64,000 nucleotides of DNA. It comes from Octopus sinensis. Lineage: Eukaryota. The position numbers were made by a program, and so were the translations under genes. Where the stretch lies: assembly GCF_006345805.1 (NCBI RefSeq), contig NC_043016.1:8804001-8868000 (forward strand). Reading direction: 5' to 3'. Shown here piece after piece: positions 12,583 to 23,465 of the stretch. Position 1 is the first letter of the stretch, and every line of letters starts with the position of its first letter. The notes beneath the pieces were generated by a model that did not search any database, had not been told where the DNA came from, and saw only the letters and a program-made list of their open reading frames with translations.

Positions 12583-12870
12583 ATCAAATAAAATCAAAAA
12601 CAGAACACAAAGGATGCCGCAGTACACGTGTTTCAAGCTTTATGAACGACCTATTCTTACATCAGTGTATAATAGATATAAAGGATGGTTTAAAGTTCTA
12701 TTTTTCATAGTGTGATGTAACCCTTTGGAATAACAATTGCATGCGGCTGAAGAGAGCTTTAAACGATCCTTTATATCTATTATACACTGGTGTAAGAATA
12801 GGTCTTTTATAAAGCTTGAAACACGTGTACCGCGACATCCTTTGTGTTCTGTTTTTGATTTTTGATATAT
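12583..12870. repeat. Inverted repeat (about 110-bp arms), possibly a PLE terminal repeat
   Basis: 12583-12698 is the reverse complement of about 12753-12870; contains a decayed CTGATG..CTTGAAAC motif. Confidence 0.75.
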
Positions 12871-12990
12871 ATACCCTCTCACCTCTGCCACTAGTTTGCG
12901 TATACAGGTGCTTACACTTATCAAGTATTCACCCTAAATTTACAGTATATATATATATATGATAGATTTTATATATTCTTTTCTTATTAG

Positions 12991-13099
12991 GTCCGAACAA
13001 TTGAGGAAGTAAAACGGAAGCTGGAGATTTTTAAAGAATCTTGGGATAAAGGCCAACTACCAGATATTGTGAAAATAAAGATGACGCACTTAGCTTGTG
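12991..13099 (+). CDS. SRA1: SRA1 homolog, exon 4 (phase 0-1)
   Basis: TTATTAG|GTC acceptor and G|GTATGT donor; VRTIEEVKRKLEIFKESWDKGQLPDIVKIKMTHLAC parallels human [27 protein letters not shown] (recalled). Not present in the ORF track. Confidence 0.9.
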
Positions 13100-13425
13100 G
13101 TATGTCAAAAATATTTAACCTAGTAGAATTGTTGATTGATATACTTTTAATTCTTTCCTTTTCTCTGTTTACATTGTTATATAAAAAAATTCCAGCTTTA
13201 TGTTTTTTTTTATTGTTAACCATTCTGTAGAATTCTGCATGTAAGTCTGCTACTTCCATGTAACCGGTCGTTTCTTTGGATGTCTTTTGTAACAAGAAGA
13301 CAAGATTGCTTACCGTTGGATTTACCATCCTCCGTTATTTGGAGGAAAAGGACATTGAACGGTTTCCCATACAACTGTCTCACACTATAACATAGCTGAT
13401 TCTGAGAAAGTGAAAAATATATATA

Positions 13426-13608
13426 GGCACAGGAGTGGCTGTGTGGTAAGTAGCTTGTTTACCAACCACATGGTTCCGGGTTCAGTCCCACTGCGTGGCA
13501 CCTTGGGCAAGTGTCTTCTACTATAGCCTCGGGCCGACCAAAGCCTTGTGAGTGGATTTGGTAGACAGAAACTGAAAGAAGCCCGTCGTATATATGTATA
13601 TATATATA

Positions 13609-13651
<43 letters not shown>

Positions 13652-13866
13652 ATATATATGCGTGTTTGTGTGAGTGTGTTTGTCCCCCTAGCATTGCTTG
13701 ACAACCGATGCTGGTGTGTTTAGTCCCCGTCACTTAGTGGTTCGGCAAAAGAGACCGATAGAATAAGTACTGGGCTTACAAAAGAATAAGTCCTGGGTCG
13801 AGTTGCTCGATTAAAGGCGGTGCTCCAGCATGGCCGCAGTCAAATGACTGAAACAAGTAAAAGAGT
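13426..13866 (+). mobile_element. SINE family A, full length
   Basis: Head GGCACAGGAGTGGCTGTGTGG, internal (TA)n linker, tail AAGTAAAAGAGTA. Confidence 0.9.
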
Positions 13867-14699
13867 ATATATATATAGAGAGAGAGTGAAAGGTACAGAG
13901 AGTGTAGGGGTGGATCAGTTCTAGTTCTTGACTAGCACTTTATTTATTGATCCCTGAGACGTGAAAGGTAAACTCAACCTTGCTGGGATTTGAATATAGA
14001 ACATAAAGAGGTAGAATTGTGAGAAAATTGTCCAACATACTAAGAATGCTGTCTGTTGACCCTAATCGACCACCGTATGGCTATATGCAATACGAGCCCC
14101 TTACTTGGATGTGCCCATCTTTATCTCCTTTTAAGTCTCTCATCCAAAACAGAACTACAACTTCAGCAAGACATTGCTGGTTTATCTATGCTGCTTGTAA
14201 GCCTGCCTGTCAATGTTAGCTAATTGCAGTTTATATAAGTATTCATGTGGTTGGTTGATTGATTGGTTTAGTCATTGGCACCGTGATGAATTTGATCCCA
14301 GAATGCAAAGAGTTGAGCAAATACTACAGGGCATCTTGTCTGATGCCCTGATAGTTCTGCAGGTAGACCTCATTAAGACTAGTACTTTTATATCAACTCC
14401 AAAAGAATGAAAGGAAAAGTTAACCTCAGTGGGATCTGAACAAATAATAATTCATTTAACTACCTTCATTAACCCTGTATGGCTAATGATAACAAAAATA
14501 GCTTTAGTATTATTATGCCAAGATATTTAGCAGCACTCCTTTTGGTTTATGGTCTGAGTCAAATTCCACTGATGTTCATTAAATGATGATGATAATATTA
14601 CCTTTCATCCTTTCAAGGTCATTAAAATAAAGTACAAGTTGAGTACGGGAGTTAATGTAATCAATAACTTACCTCCTCTCAAATTTATTCACCATGTGC

Positions 14700-14900
14700 C
14701 AAAATTACAAAGGCTGTTCTTAATTATATTATTTACATTATTTACATTTGATGGATATTTGTCCTCATCTTGTTTGTTGTTAACACGTTTCGGCTGATAT
14801 ACCCTCCAGCCTGCATCAGGTGTCTTGGGAAAATTTCGAACCTGGGTTCTTATTCCTAAGGTATTTTTCGATATTGTTGTTGTTGTTGCTGATACTGTTG
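14700..14900 (-). mobile_element. Short PLE-type terminal repeat element
   Basis: Minus-strand CCTGATGCAGGCTG...CAGCCGAAACGTG motif of the kind found at Penelope termini; (CAA)n-like flank. Confidence 0.5.
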
Positions 14901-15346
14901 TTGTTAAGCAAGATGGATAAGGGTGATTAGGTGATGGTCTAGGGCTTAGGGGCAGGAGACCCCAGACCTTGGAAGGAAAAAAAAAAAGCTTTGGTCGTCT
15001 TGTAGTCGAGGGCTCTTCATTGACGCCCGACACCACTGGGAGCTCTCAGCTTGTACTTTATTTTATTGTCCCCCAGAGAAATGAAAGACAACGTTGAACT
15101 AAGGATATCAAGAGTTGGAAAGAAACTTCACAAAGCATTCTCTCCAACACTAATGATTTTGTTAGTCCATTGTCTGTAACACTGGTGATAATGCCATCAT
15201 TGAATGGTGATAAAAATATATATGCAGTAAGTTATATATACAGACTAAAGAATGGAACTAGGGAATGGCTAACAATTACTTGTGTCTAGAGGTCACCGAC
15301 ATTCAGCATGTACGTATACAGTAGATCCCTATATCTGTGTAAGTTC

Positions 15347-15607
15347 TTACTTACTTACTTGTGGCGACATTTACCCTGGGCGGGTCGAGTCAGCTTCTTC
15401 TACCACCCTCGAGACATCTCGAACCATGGCAGCCCACACACGACGGTCCTGCTTGATCTGCCTTTGGACACCTAAAGCAGTGTCTGTGGGACCGAAGGGA
15501 GATCTCATTGGTGACCAAAGGGCGAATATGTCAGGCCGTCGTTCGTACAGTACTTCTCTATGGCTGTGAAACGTGGCCTATGCGGGTGTCGATCAACGAA
15601 GGCTGCC
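15347..15607 (-). mobile_element. 5'-inverted RTE-clade insertion with 13-bp TSD
   Basis: TSD TCTGTGTAAGTTC at 15334-15346 and 15608-15620; (GTAA)n tail on the minus strand; inverted + segment encodes AFGHLKQCLWDRREISLVTKGRI / QAVVRTVLLYGCETWP. Confidence 0.85.
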
Positions 15608-15769
15608 TCTGTGTAAGTTCAACAGGAAAGAAATGACTAAAGAAAAAAGAAAACAAAAATAGAGCATTAAGCTTCAGACACTTGCAGTGGAGGCATTTTG
15701 AGTGATCAGTTTGCATGTTTTTTCATGTGAATGTTGACTTTTCAAGAGATAAATGAAAAGTGTATTTAA

Positions 15770-15880
15770 CCCTTTAGCATTTAAACAACCAAATCTGGCC
15801 TCTCACACCTAACCTACAATGTCATTGTAAAAATTAAACAATCACATTATCAAAATCTCAAAGCTTTGAGATGATGCGCA
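15770..15880 (+). mobile_element. piggyBac-like MITE left end (fragment)
   Basis: TTAA followed by CCCTTTAGCATTT; matching right end type at about 56000-56292. Confidence 0.4.
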
Positions 15881-15898
15881 ATTAGTTTTTTTTTTTTT

Positions 15899-17294
15899 TA
15901 AACCAAAGTTCTAATAAGTAGGAAGGTAGACAAATCACAAACGCCTTCAGGTAGATGGCCCTGCTCGATCTGTAGAAAAGGCATAGGTAGGAACTCTATA
16001 AGATGTACCCAGTGTAAGCTATGGACACATAAGAGGTGCAGCAATGTCAAAGGAAGGCTAACAAGGAAGATAGTTTTCGTATGTGGCGTGCAATAAACAC
16101 TGAAAATGCACAGAGACCATCTTCTGCCACATTCCAGGGAGAAAAACTAGAAATAGTTGATAGTTTCCGTTACCTAAGTGATCAAGTCAGTAGCGAAGGC
16201 GGGTGTGCTGAAAGCGTAACTGCTAGAGTAAGAATAGCCTGGGCAAAGTTCAGAGAGCTCTTACCTCTGCTAGGGACAAAAGGCCTCTCACTCAGAGTAA
16301 AAGGCAGACTGTATGACGCATGTGTACGAACAGCAATGCTACATGGCAGTGAAACATGGGCTGTGACTGCTGAGGATATGCGTAAGCTTGCAAGAAATGA
16401 AGCCAGTATGATCTGATGGATGTGTAATGTCAGTGTGCATACCCGACAGAGTGTAAGTACCTTGAGAAAAAAGTTGGACCTAAGAAGCATCAGTTGTGGT
16501 GTGCAAGAGAGATGTCTACGCTGGTATGGACATGTGGTAAGAATGGATGAAGATAGTTATGTGAAAAAGTGCCACACCCTAGTGGTTGAGGGAACCTGTG
16601 GAAGAGGTAGACCCAGGAAAACCTGGGACGAGGTGGTGAAGCATGACCTTCGCTCTTTAGGTCTCAACGAGGAAATGACCAGAGACCGAGACCTTTGGAA
16701 GTATGCTGTGCGTGAGAAGACCCGGCAGGACAAGTGAGGCCATAACCCGTGGCCCCTACCTGGGACGTAGTCAGTCCACCTGTGCATACCTTCCTTCTTG
16801 GGACACATAACTCTACTTGTGAAGACCTGTTGAGGCAAGTGAAAAAAATCAAAAAATCCAATCGCAATCGAAATCGATCAACATCAATGGAATTTGTAGT
16901 TGTGGTACCAGTGCTAGTGGCACATAAGAAAACCATCCGAACGTGGCCATAGCCAGCACCACATCGACTGGCCTCCATGCCAGTGGCACGTAACAAACAC
17001 CATCCGATCGTGGCTGTTGCCAGCCTTGCCTGGCCTCCGTGCAGGTGGCACGTAAAAAGCACCATCCGAGCGTGGCCTTTCGCCAGCCTCGTCTGGCACC
17101 TGTGTCGGTGGCACGTAAAAAGCACCCACTACACTCACGGAGTGGTTGGCGTTAGGAAGGGCATCCAGCTGTAGAAACACTGCCAGATCTGACTGGCCTG
17201 GTGCAGCCTTTGGGCTTCCCAGACTCCAGTTGAACCATCCAACCCATGCTAGCATGGAAAGCGGACGTTAAACGATGATGATGATGATGATGAT
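15899..17294 (+). mobile_element. 5'-truncated RTE-clade LINE (family C) with 3' UTR and (GAT)n tail
   Basis: Cys-rich WPCSICRK..CTQCKLWTHKRC, then DSFRYLSD, LHGSETW, LRWYGHVVRM, GRGRPRKTW; in-frame stop at 16414-16416; ORF ends at 16737; source of the many short tail copies. Confidence 0.92.
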
Positions 17295-18431
17295 GTGAAT
17301 AAATAAGCATTACAGTTCACAGAATAATCTTACTCTTAAAGAGTTAATAGATTATTTTGTGGGTTTAGGTGGCTAAAATGGTTCTTCTATAATGTCATAC
17401 TTCAGTTTCAACACTCTCTGAGATGAAGTCATTTACTAAGCAAATACAGCTGTAAAACTTACTAAGCAGAATATTTATGAAAAAAAAAAATCTGCTTAAT
17501 TAGGTTAAACATTTAAATGTCAGAGACGAGGTATTGCTAATAAGATTATAATTCTTCAGACTATAAACTTCATCTTTAACAATGAACTGAATAGTCCTTG
17601 CCAGTACAGAAGTCGGATGTTAAACGATGATGATGTTGATGATACACACACACACACAATATATATATATATATATATACTCATTACAGATATAGGGTGA
17701 AAGATAATTAATTTAATAAAAATCAACAAATTTCACTTAGTAGTATTTCGGTATGGAAAAGGACTATATTCGGTATAAACTTATATAATTATAACAATAA
17801 GGGTTTGCAACAAGTTGCTTCACCACATACCGAAAATTTTAGAAATAGTAGCCAAAGGACTACTATTTCCTTTTTCTACAAAAATATGTCTCCATAAACA
17901 ACAATATTTGTAACTCACATACGGTAAAAAAAATTATATATATATATATATACTACACTGCTTTAAAAGTGTTTTTCATAGTTTGTGTTTCATTTGAGGT
18001 ATAGTAGTTGTAGGAATAGCTTCCTTGGCTACCATTTCATTATCATACAATTGAGACACTGAATTCTTCTTGCCCTAGTTAACCCAATTGACTGAAAAAA
18101 ATAAGCAAAAAAGAAATACACATTCCACTCCTGCTTCCACATTGATGCAACACATGTGCCATCTCACCCATTTTAGCGTAGACAAATGGTTCTAAAATAA
18201 TGGAGGAAAAAAAACATGTAATATATTTTGTGTAATTTCTTCATTTGTCTATTACACTTTTATTATTTGTGTGTGTGTGTGTTTATTACTTTATTACAAA
18301 AAATTGAATAAAATAAGTTTGAATATTTATGATAGAGGTTCTCGAATTTTTTTTTTTATCTGTGGATCCCTTTGATTACTGTTTTATTCTGGTAGACCTC
18401 CATAGCCATTTGATGTTTAAAAACTAGTATT

Positions 18432-18846
18432 ATACTCTTTACTCTTTTACTTGTTTCAGTCATTTGACTGCGGCCATGCTGGAGCACCGCCTTTAATTGA
18501 GCATCTCGACCCCGGGACTTATTCTTTTGTAAGCCCAGTACTTATTCTATCGGTCTCTTTTGCCGAACTGCTAAGTGACGGGGACGTAAACACACCAGCA
18601 TCGGTTGTCAAGCAATGCTAGGGGGGACAAACACAGACACACAAACACACACACGCATATATATATATATATATACATATATACGATGGGCTTCTTTCAG
18701 TTTCCATCTACCAAATCCACTCACAAGGCTTTGGTCGACCTGAGGCTATAGTAGAAGACACTTGCCCAAAGTGCCACGCAGTGGGATTGAACCCTGAACC
18801 ATGTGGTTGGTAAACAAGCTACTTACCACACAGCCACTCCTGTGTC
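18432..18846 (-). mobile_element. SINE family A, full length
   Basis: Reverse complement of 13426-13866. Confidence 0.9.
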
Positions 18847-19119
18847 TATATATATACTTCTTTCAAAATTCCTATTTTCTTTTCCACAGATTGTGTAAAT
18901 TGAACTATGTTTTAAAATGTTAGAGAAAGAAAACTGTTTCTTGCAATACACACCAATACATGCATCTATAACAAAATTTTTTCAGAGGCCCTTAGAATAT
19001 TATTGTGGGTACTCAATTTATTATTTTGTTACATGGACCACCTTAAATCTTATGTGGACCTGATTGAAAACCACTGATCTACAATAAATAAACAAATTAA
19101 TTTTTATTTATAAAAAGGG

Positions 19120-19545
19120 CATCATTCGAGTATGATTGTTACCAGCGTTGCCTTACTGGCACTTATGCATGTGCTAGTAGGGTGCTAATCCAAGCGTAAT
19201 CGTTACCAGAGCAGCCAACTGGCTTCCGTACCTGTGGCACGTAAAAGGGCACCATTTGAGCGTGATCGTTACCAACGTCGCTTCACTGGCACGTGTAAAA
19301 AGATTTGAGTGAGGTCATTGCCAGTACCGCCTGACTGGCGCCCGTGCCGGTGGCATGTAAAAAGCACCCACTACACTCTCAGAGTGGTTGGCGTTAGGAA
19401 GGGCATCCATCTGTAGAAACTCTGCCAGATCAAGATTGGAGCCTGGTGCAGCCATTTGGTTCGCCAGCCCTCAGTCAAAATCATCCAACCCATGCTAGCA
19501 TGGAAAGCGGACATTAAGCGATGATGATGATGATGATGATGATGA
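19120..19545 (+). mobile_element. RTE family C 3' UTR/tail copy
   Basis: Internal tandem units plus GGTTGGCGTTAGGAAGGGCATCC and (GAT)n. Confidence 0.8.
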
Positions 19546-20639
19546 ACTTGATTAAAGTTAGATAATAAAAATATGTTCTCTCTAGTTTATCAAAATATAT
19601 CCTTGTTTGATTGTGAATGAGAATAATCTGTAGATGCTGGACAAAATACCTTGTGGTTTGTTGTTTTATCAGTGACAATATCCTTTGTGATCCCTTGTGG
19701 ACTGCTGAAATTGATGCATCTTGGAGACTTGGTTAAAAAATTACACAACTGTGAACCATATTTCATTGTATCTTGGGAAGGTCATTACACATACTGGTTC
19801 TACTACTTTGTTATTTATTTATCAATGGTCAAATATTTAACCAGTTAACTAATTGATTTAGTTGATTGTTCAGTTAATCAACTAGTCTGTTAAATTTGTT
19901 GAAATCCTTTTGTCACCATTTGTGATCTTATTGAGGACATGCCCACCCTACTCCAGATCTACTTCAGAAATATTAAACTAAGGTAGTGTGAGAGTCCTAC
20001 AACCCATTATGGTCATAGGCATGCCATGCATGATTGACAGGATAATAGAACTGCAGTTCAGTCTCATAGACATTCCAAACGTGACCATCTTGTCTCTTTA
20101 GAACAAGGTTTGGCCACAGGTGTGCTGTGACCTACATACAGGCCTCAAGCTGTTTCGAAAAAAATTCTTTAAAATTTTATTCAGTTTTGGTCCATTGAGC
20201 ATTTGACGGCTTTCAGACAGTCTCTTAACATTCTGTAACAAATTAAAATTTCTAAAAATTGACCGAAACATAAAAGTGACTACAGGTGGATGTGTGGATG
20301 GGGTGAGGTGGGGGGGTTAGTGATGGTGGTGGTGTTGGTGAGAGTGGGATGATGAGAGTAACAATAGCAGTGGTGGGTAAGGATGATAGGAATTGGTCGC
20401 CCTAGCAACAGTGATGGTGGTGGTGGTAGTGGCAGTGATGGGTGGTGTAGCTAATTAATTATGGTGGTGGTGGTGGTGGTGGTGGTGGTGGTGGTGGCGG
20501 CGGTGACAGCTGTTGTTCTTGTTATTGTTAAAAGTGATGTTACTGGTGGTGTTGGAAGTTGTAGAAATAATGGTAATAATAATAATAATAATAATAATGA
20601 TAATTCTTTTTTTTCTTGTTTTTTTTTAATACTTTGCAG

Positions 20640-20710
20640 CTCTTGAGAAAGGTCATTATGATATTGCAAATGAAATTCATTTGACATTAATGATTGATCA
20701 TACTGCTGAG
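20640..20710 (+). CDS. SRA1: SRA1 homolog, exon 5 (71 nt, phase 1-0)
   Basis: TTTGCAG|CT acceptor and GAG|GTAAGA donor; ALEKGHYDIANEIHLTLMIDHTAE parallels human [24 protein letters not shown] (recalled). Confidence 0.92.
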
Positions 20711-20726
20711 GTAAGATAATTACATA

Positions 20727-20830
<104 letters not shown>

Positions 20831-20834
20831 ATAT

Positions 20835-21240
20835 TTTGTTTCAGTTACTTGACTGTGGCCATGTTGGAGCACCATCTTGAAGGGTTTTTAATAGAACAAA
20901 TTAACCCCAGGACTTATGTTTTTTTTAAGCCTGGTATATACTCTATCAGTCTCTATTGTCAAACTGCTAAGTTATGAGGACGTAAACACACCAACACTGG
21001 TTGTCAAGTGGTGATGGGGGAAAAACACTAACACAAAGACACACACATGTATATATATGTGTGTGTGTATATATATATATACATACATACATGATAGGCT
21101 TCTTTCAGTTTCTGTCTACCAAATCTATTCACAACTCTTTGGTCGATCCAAGACTATCGTAGATGACACTTTCCCAAGGTTCCATGCAATGGAACTGAAC
21201 CCAGAACCATGTGGTTGGGAAGCAAGCCTCTTACCATACA
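20835..21240 (-). mobile_element. SINE family A, degenerate
   Basis: Aligns to other family A copies. Confidence 0.75.
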
Positions 21241-21802
21241 TCCACAATATATATTCATGGACTGAACCTGGAACCATGTTGTTAGGAAGTAAGCTTCTTA
21301 CACACATCCAAAATATTATATATATAGATATATATATATATATATATATATATTACACACACATATACAGTAATAATAACAAGTATCCTTGGTTCGACTT
21401 TATAATATTTAATGCATTGCTACATTCATTTCCACAAATCACATGTGTCTTAAGATTACAGTCTGTTTTCCTGAGATGATTACAGTATGGTCCATAGTAC
21501 TTGCAGGCATCGGATAGATCATCTTTGTGGACACTACAGACTACACTGTAATCATCCCAGGAGTACGGACTGTGATCTTAAGAGACGTGTGATTTATGGA
21601 AACACATGTAGCGATGCATTAAAATATTTTAAAATTCCAGCCAAGGATTATTATTATTCTAAATTATATTGGTACAGCTCAGTGCAATCCCCAAAATTGG
21701 TCCACCTGTCAGCATCATTAGATTGTGGCCAGCAAAATGAAATAGGAGCTTTATTTGCATATTCAAAATGTCTCCTGTAAACAAATTTAAAAGGTGTGTG
21801 TG

Positions 21803-22652
21803 TGGTCTGATCAATAAGTATCCGGATTGTTGCTATAGTAACGAAGCTAAAATATGCAGAGTGAAGCTGCATGGCACAGATTGACCTTGAATTCTGCTAT
21901 GCATGTGTATTAAATTCTAACGTTCTAGCTCACTTCCGCTGTTTACAGCAGTGCTTGGAAGGAAGGTGTGTAGCATGTGATCGTCGCATTGACCATGACA
22001 GAGAAAGTTGGGCAGAGAATCTGCATCAAATTTTGCCAAAAGCTTGGCAAAACCTCCTCAGAGGTCCACGCAAAGTTTTCATTGTTCTTGACACTATCAA
22101 GAAGATCTTTTGCAACTGAAGCCGGAGTGTCTATTTGATCAGTTGAAAGCAGATTTGGCACAATCTTGGCAGACATGCGGCTCATACCCAAATCTTCAGT
22201 GATAATGGATTGAATTGATCTGTAACTAATCTGCACTCTGATAACTCACGGATGGTGATTTGACAATTTCCCCTCACAGCTGCATGTATATCTACAATGT
22301 TATTCTCAGTTCTGCTGGTTGCAGGTCTCCCAGAACATTCATCAATATCGACAATTTTTTGACCACCTTGGAAACATATGAACTATTCATACACTTGCAT
22401 GCGGCTCATACACTTTCTGCAACTTTGCATAGACATCTGAGCAAGTATCAACATGACAACTTTCTCTGTCATGATTAATGAGACAATCACATGCTACACA
22501 TGTTCCTTCCAAGCACTGCTGAAGTGAGCTAGAACATTAAAACTTAGTGCACATGCACAGTAGAGTTTAAGGTTAATATTTGCCAAGCGACTTCCCTCTG
22601 CATGCTTTAGCGTCATTGCTATGGCAACAGTCTGGATTTTATTGATCAGAAC
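21803..22652. mobile_element. Mariner relic made of two inward-facing 5' ends
   Basis: The + arm encodes MTEKVGQRICIKFCQKLGKT; the minus arm repeats the same 5' UTR and continues into degraded transposase (QSIITEDLGMSRMSAKIVPNLL). Confidence 0.75.
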
Positions 22653-22663
22653 TTGTGTGTGTG

Positions 22664-22705
<42 letters not shown>

Positions 22706-22860
22706 GTGTGTGTGTGTGTTGGCGTTAGGAAGAGCATCCAGCTGTAGAAACACTGCCAGATCTGACTGGCCTGGTGCAGCCTTCGAGCTTGCCAGACCCC
22801 AGTTGAACCGTCCAACCCATGCTAGCATGGAAAGCGGACGTTAAACGATGATGATGATGA

Positions 22861-22903
<43 letters not shown>

Positions 22904-22929
22904 TATATATATATATAAGGCAATAATAA

Positions 22930-23396
22930 ATCTCTGGACGAGATGTAAACAGTAACCGCTCGACAAAGCCAGCTGGAGACAATGATCTCCTGGGGCTAAA
23001 AGCTAGAGTAACACCCACCCTTAGTGGTTTGCCATATTGAGATGGCTAGTATACTTTACGTTGCCGAGCGGTTACTGTTTACATTGCTTTCAGACAGTTT
23101 TTCGAAATCAGTGACAGTAGTTACTGGAAAAACATTAAATAGATAATTGCAAACAGGTCTCTCTTCATCGAAAACCGGTGATTACCATACGTTGACAAGA
23201 GGCAAATACCTCGAAACTACAGTCCGTGCTTATCACTTATGTTTACAAGAGAGTGATGACCTCCCTTTGCAAATATCATAAGGGCACAGAAAGTGTGCCT
23301 AAAGCCAGCTGGAGATGATGATCTCCTGGGGCTAAAAGCTACAGTAACACCCACCCTTTGTGGTAGCCATATTGAGATGGCTAGTATACTTTACGT
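22930..23396 (+). mobile_element. Retrozyme-like small element (336-bp period, hammerhead-containing)
   Basis: Direct repeats 22965-23061 and 23301-23396; 24-nt inverted piece 22943-22966 vs 23061-23084; (TA)n on both flanks; no ORF. Confidence 0.6.
23177..23237 (+). ncRNA. Type I hammerhead ribozyme motif, U3-A8 variant
   Basis: Stem I TACG/CGTG with distal GGTGAT/ATCACT; core TTGACAA; stem II GAGG-caaata-CCTC; GAAAC-TACA-GTC; predicted cut after C23224. Confidence 0.75.
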
Positions 23397-23418
23397 ATAT
23401 ATATACATATATATATAT

Positions 23419-23465
<47 letters not shown>

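Noticed and set aside
12630-12672. CTGATGT..CTTGAAACACGTG hammerhead-like motif (and its inverted copy near 12785-12830)
   Set aside because: Position 9 is T in both arms and the cleavage triplet is missing.
11238-12710. 490-aa and overlapping Y/I/M/H-rich ORFs
   Set aside because: They are translations of TA/TATG microsatellite, open in many frames on both strands. The same applies near 28.6, 37.2 and 40.5 kb.
14779-14827. Hammerhead-like motif on minus (CTGATGCA-GGCTG..CAGCC-GAAACGTG)
   Set aside because: A9 is replaced by C and there is no NUH triplet compatible with stem I. Kept only as a PLE-type terminus.
16960-17130. CRISPR-like array or HDV-like/pistol ribozyme in the ~53-nt units
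   Set aside because: The units are tandem without unique spacers, there are no cas genes and the context is eukaryotic; the double-pseudoknot pairings of HDV or pistol could not be built.
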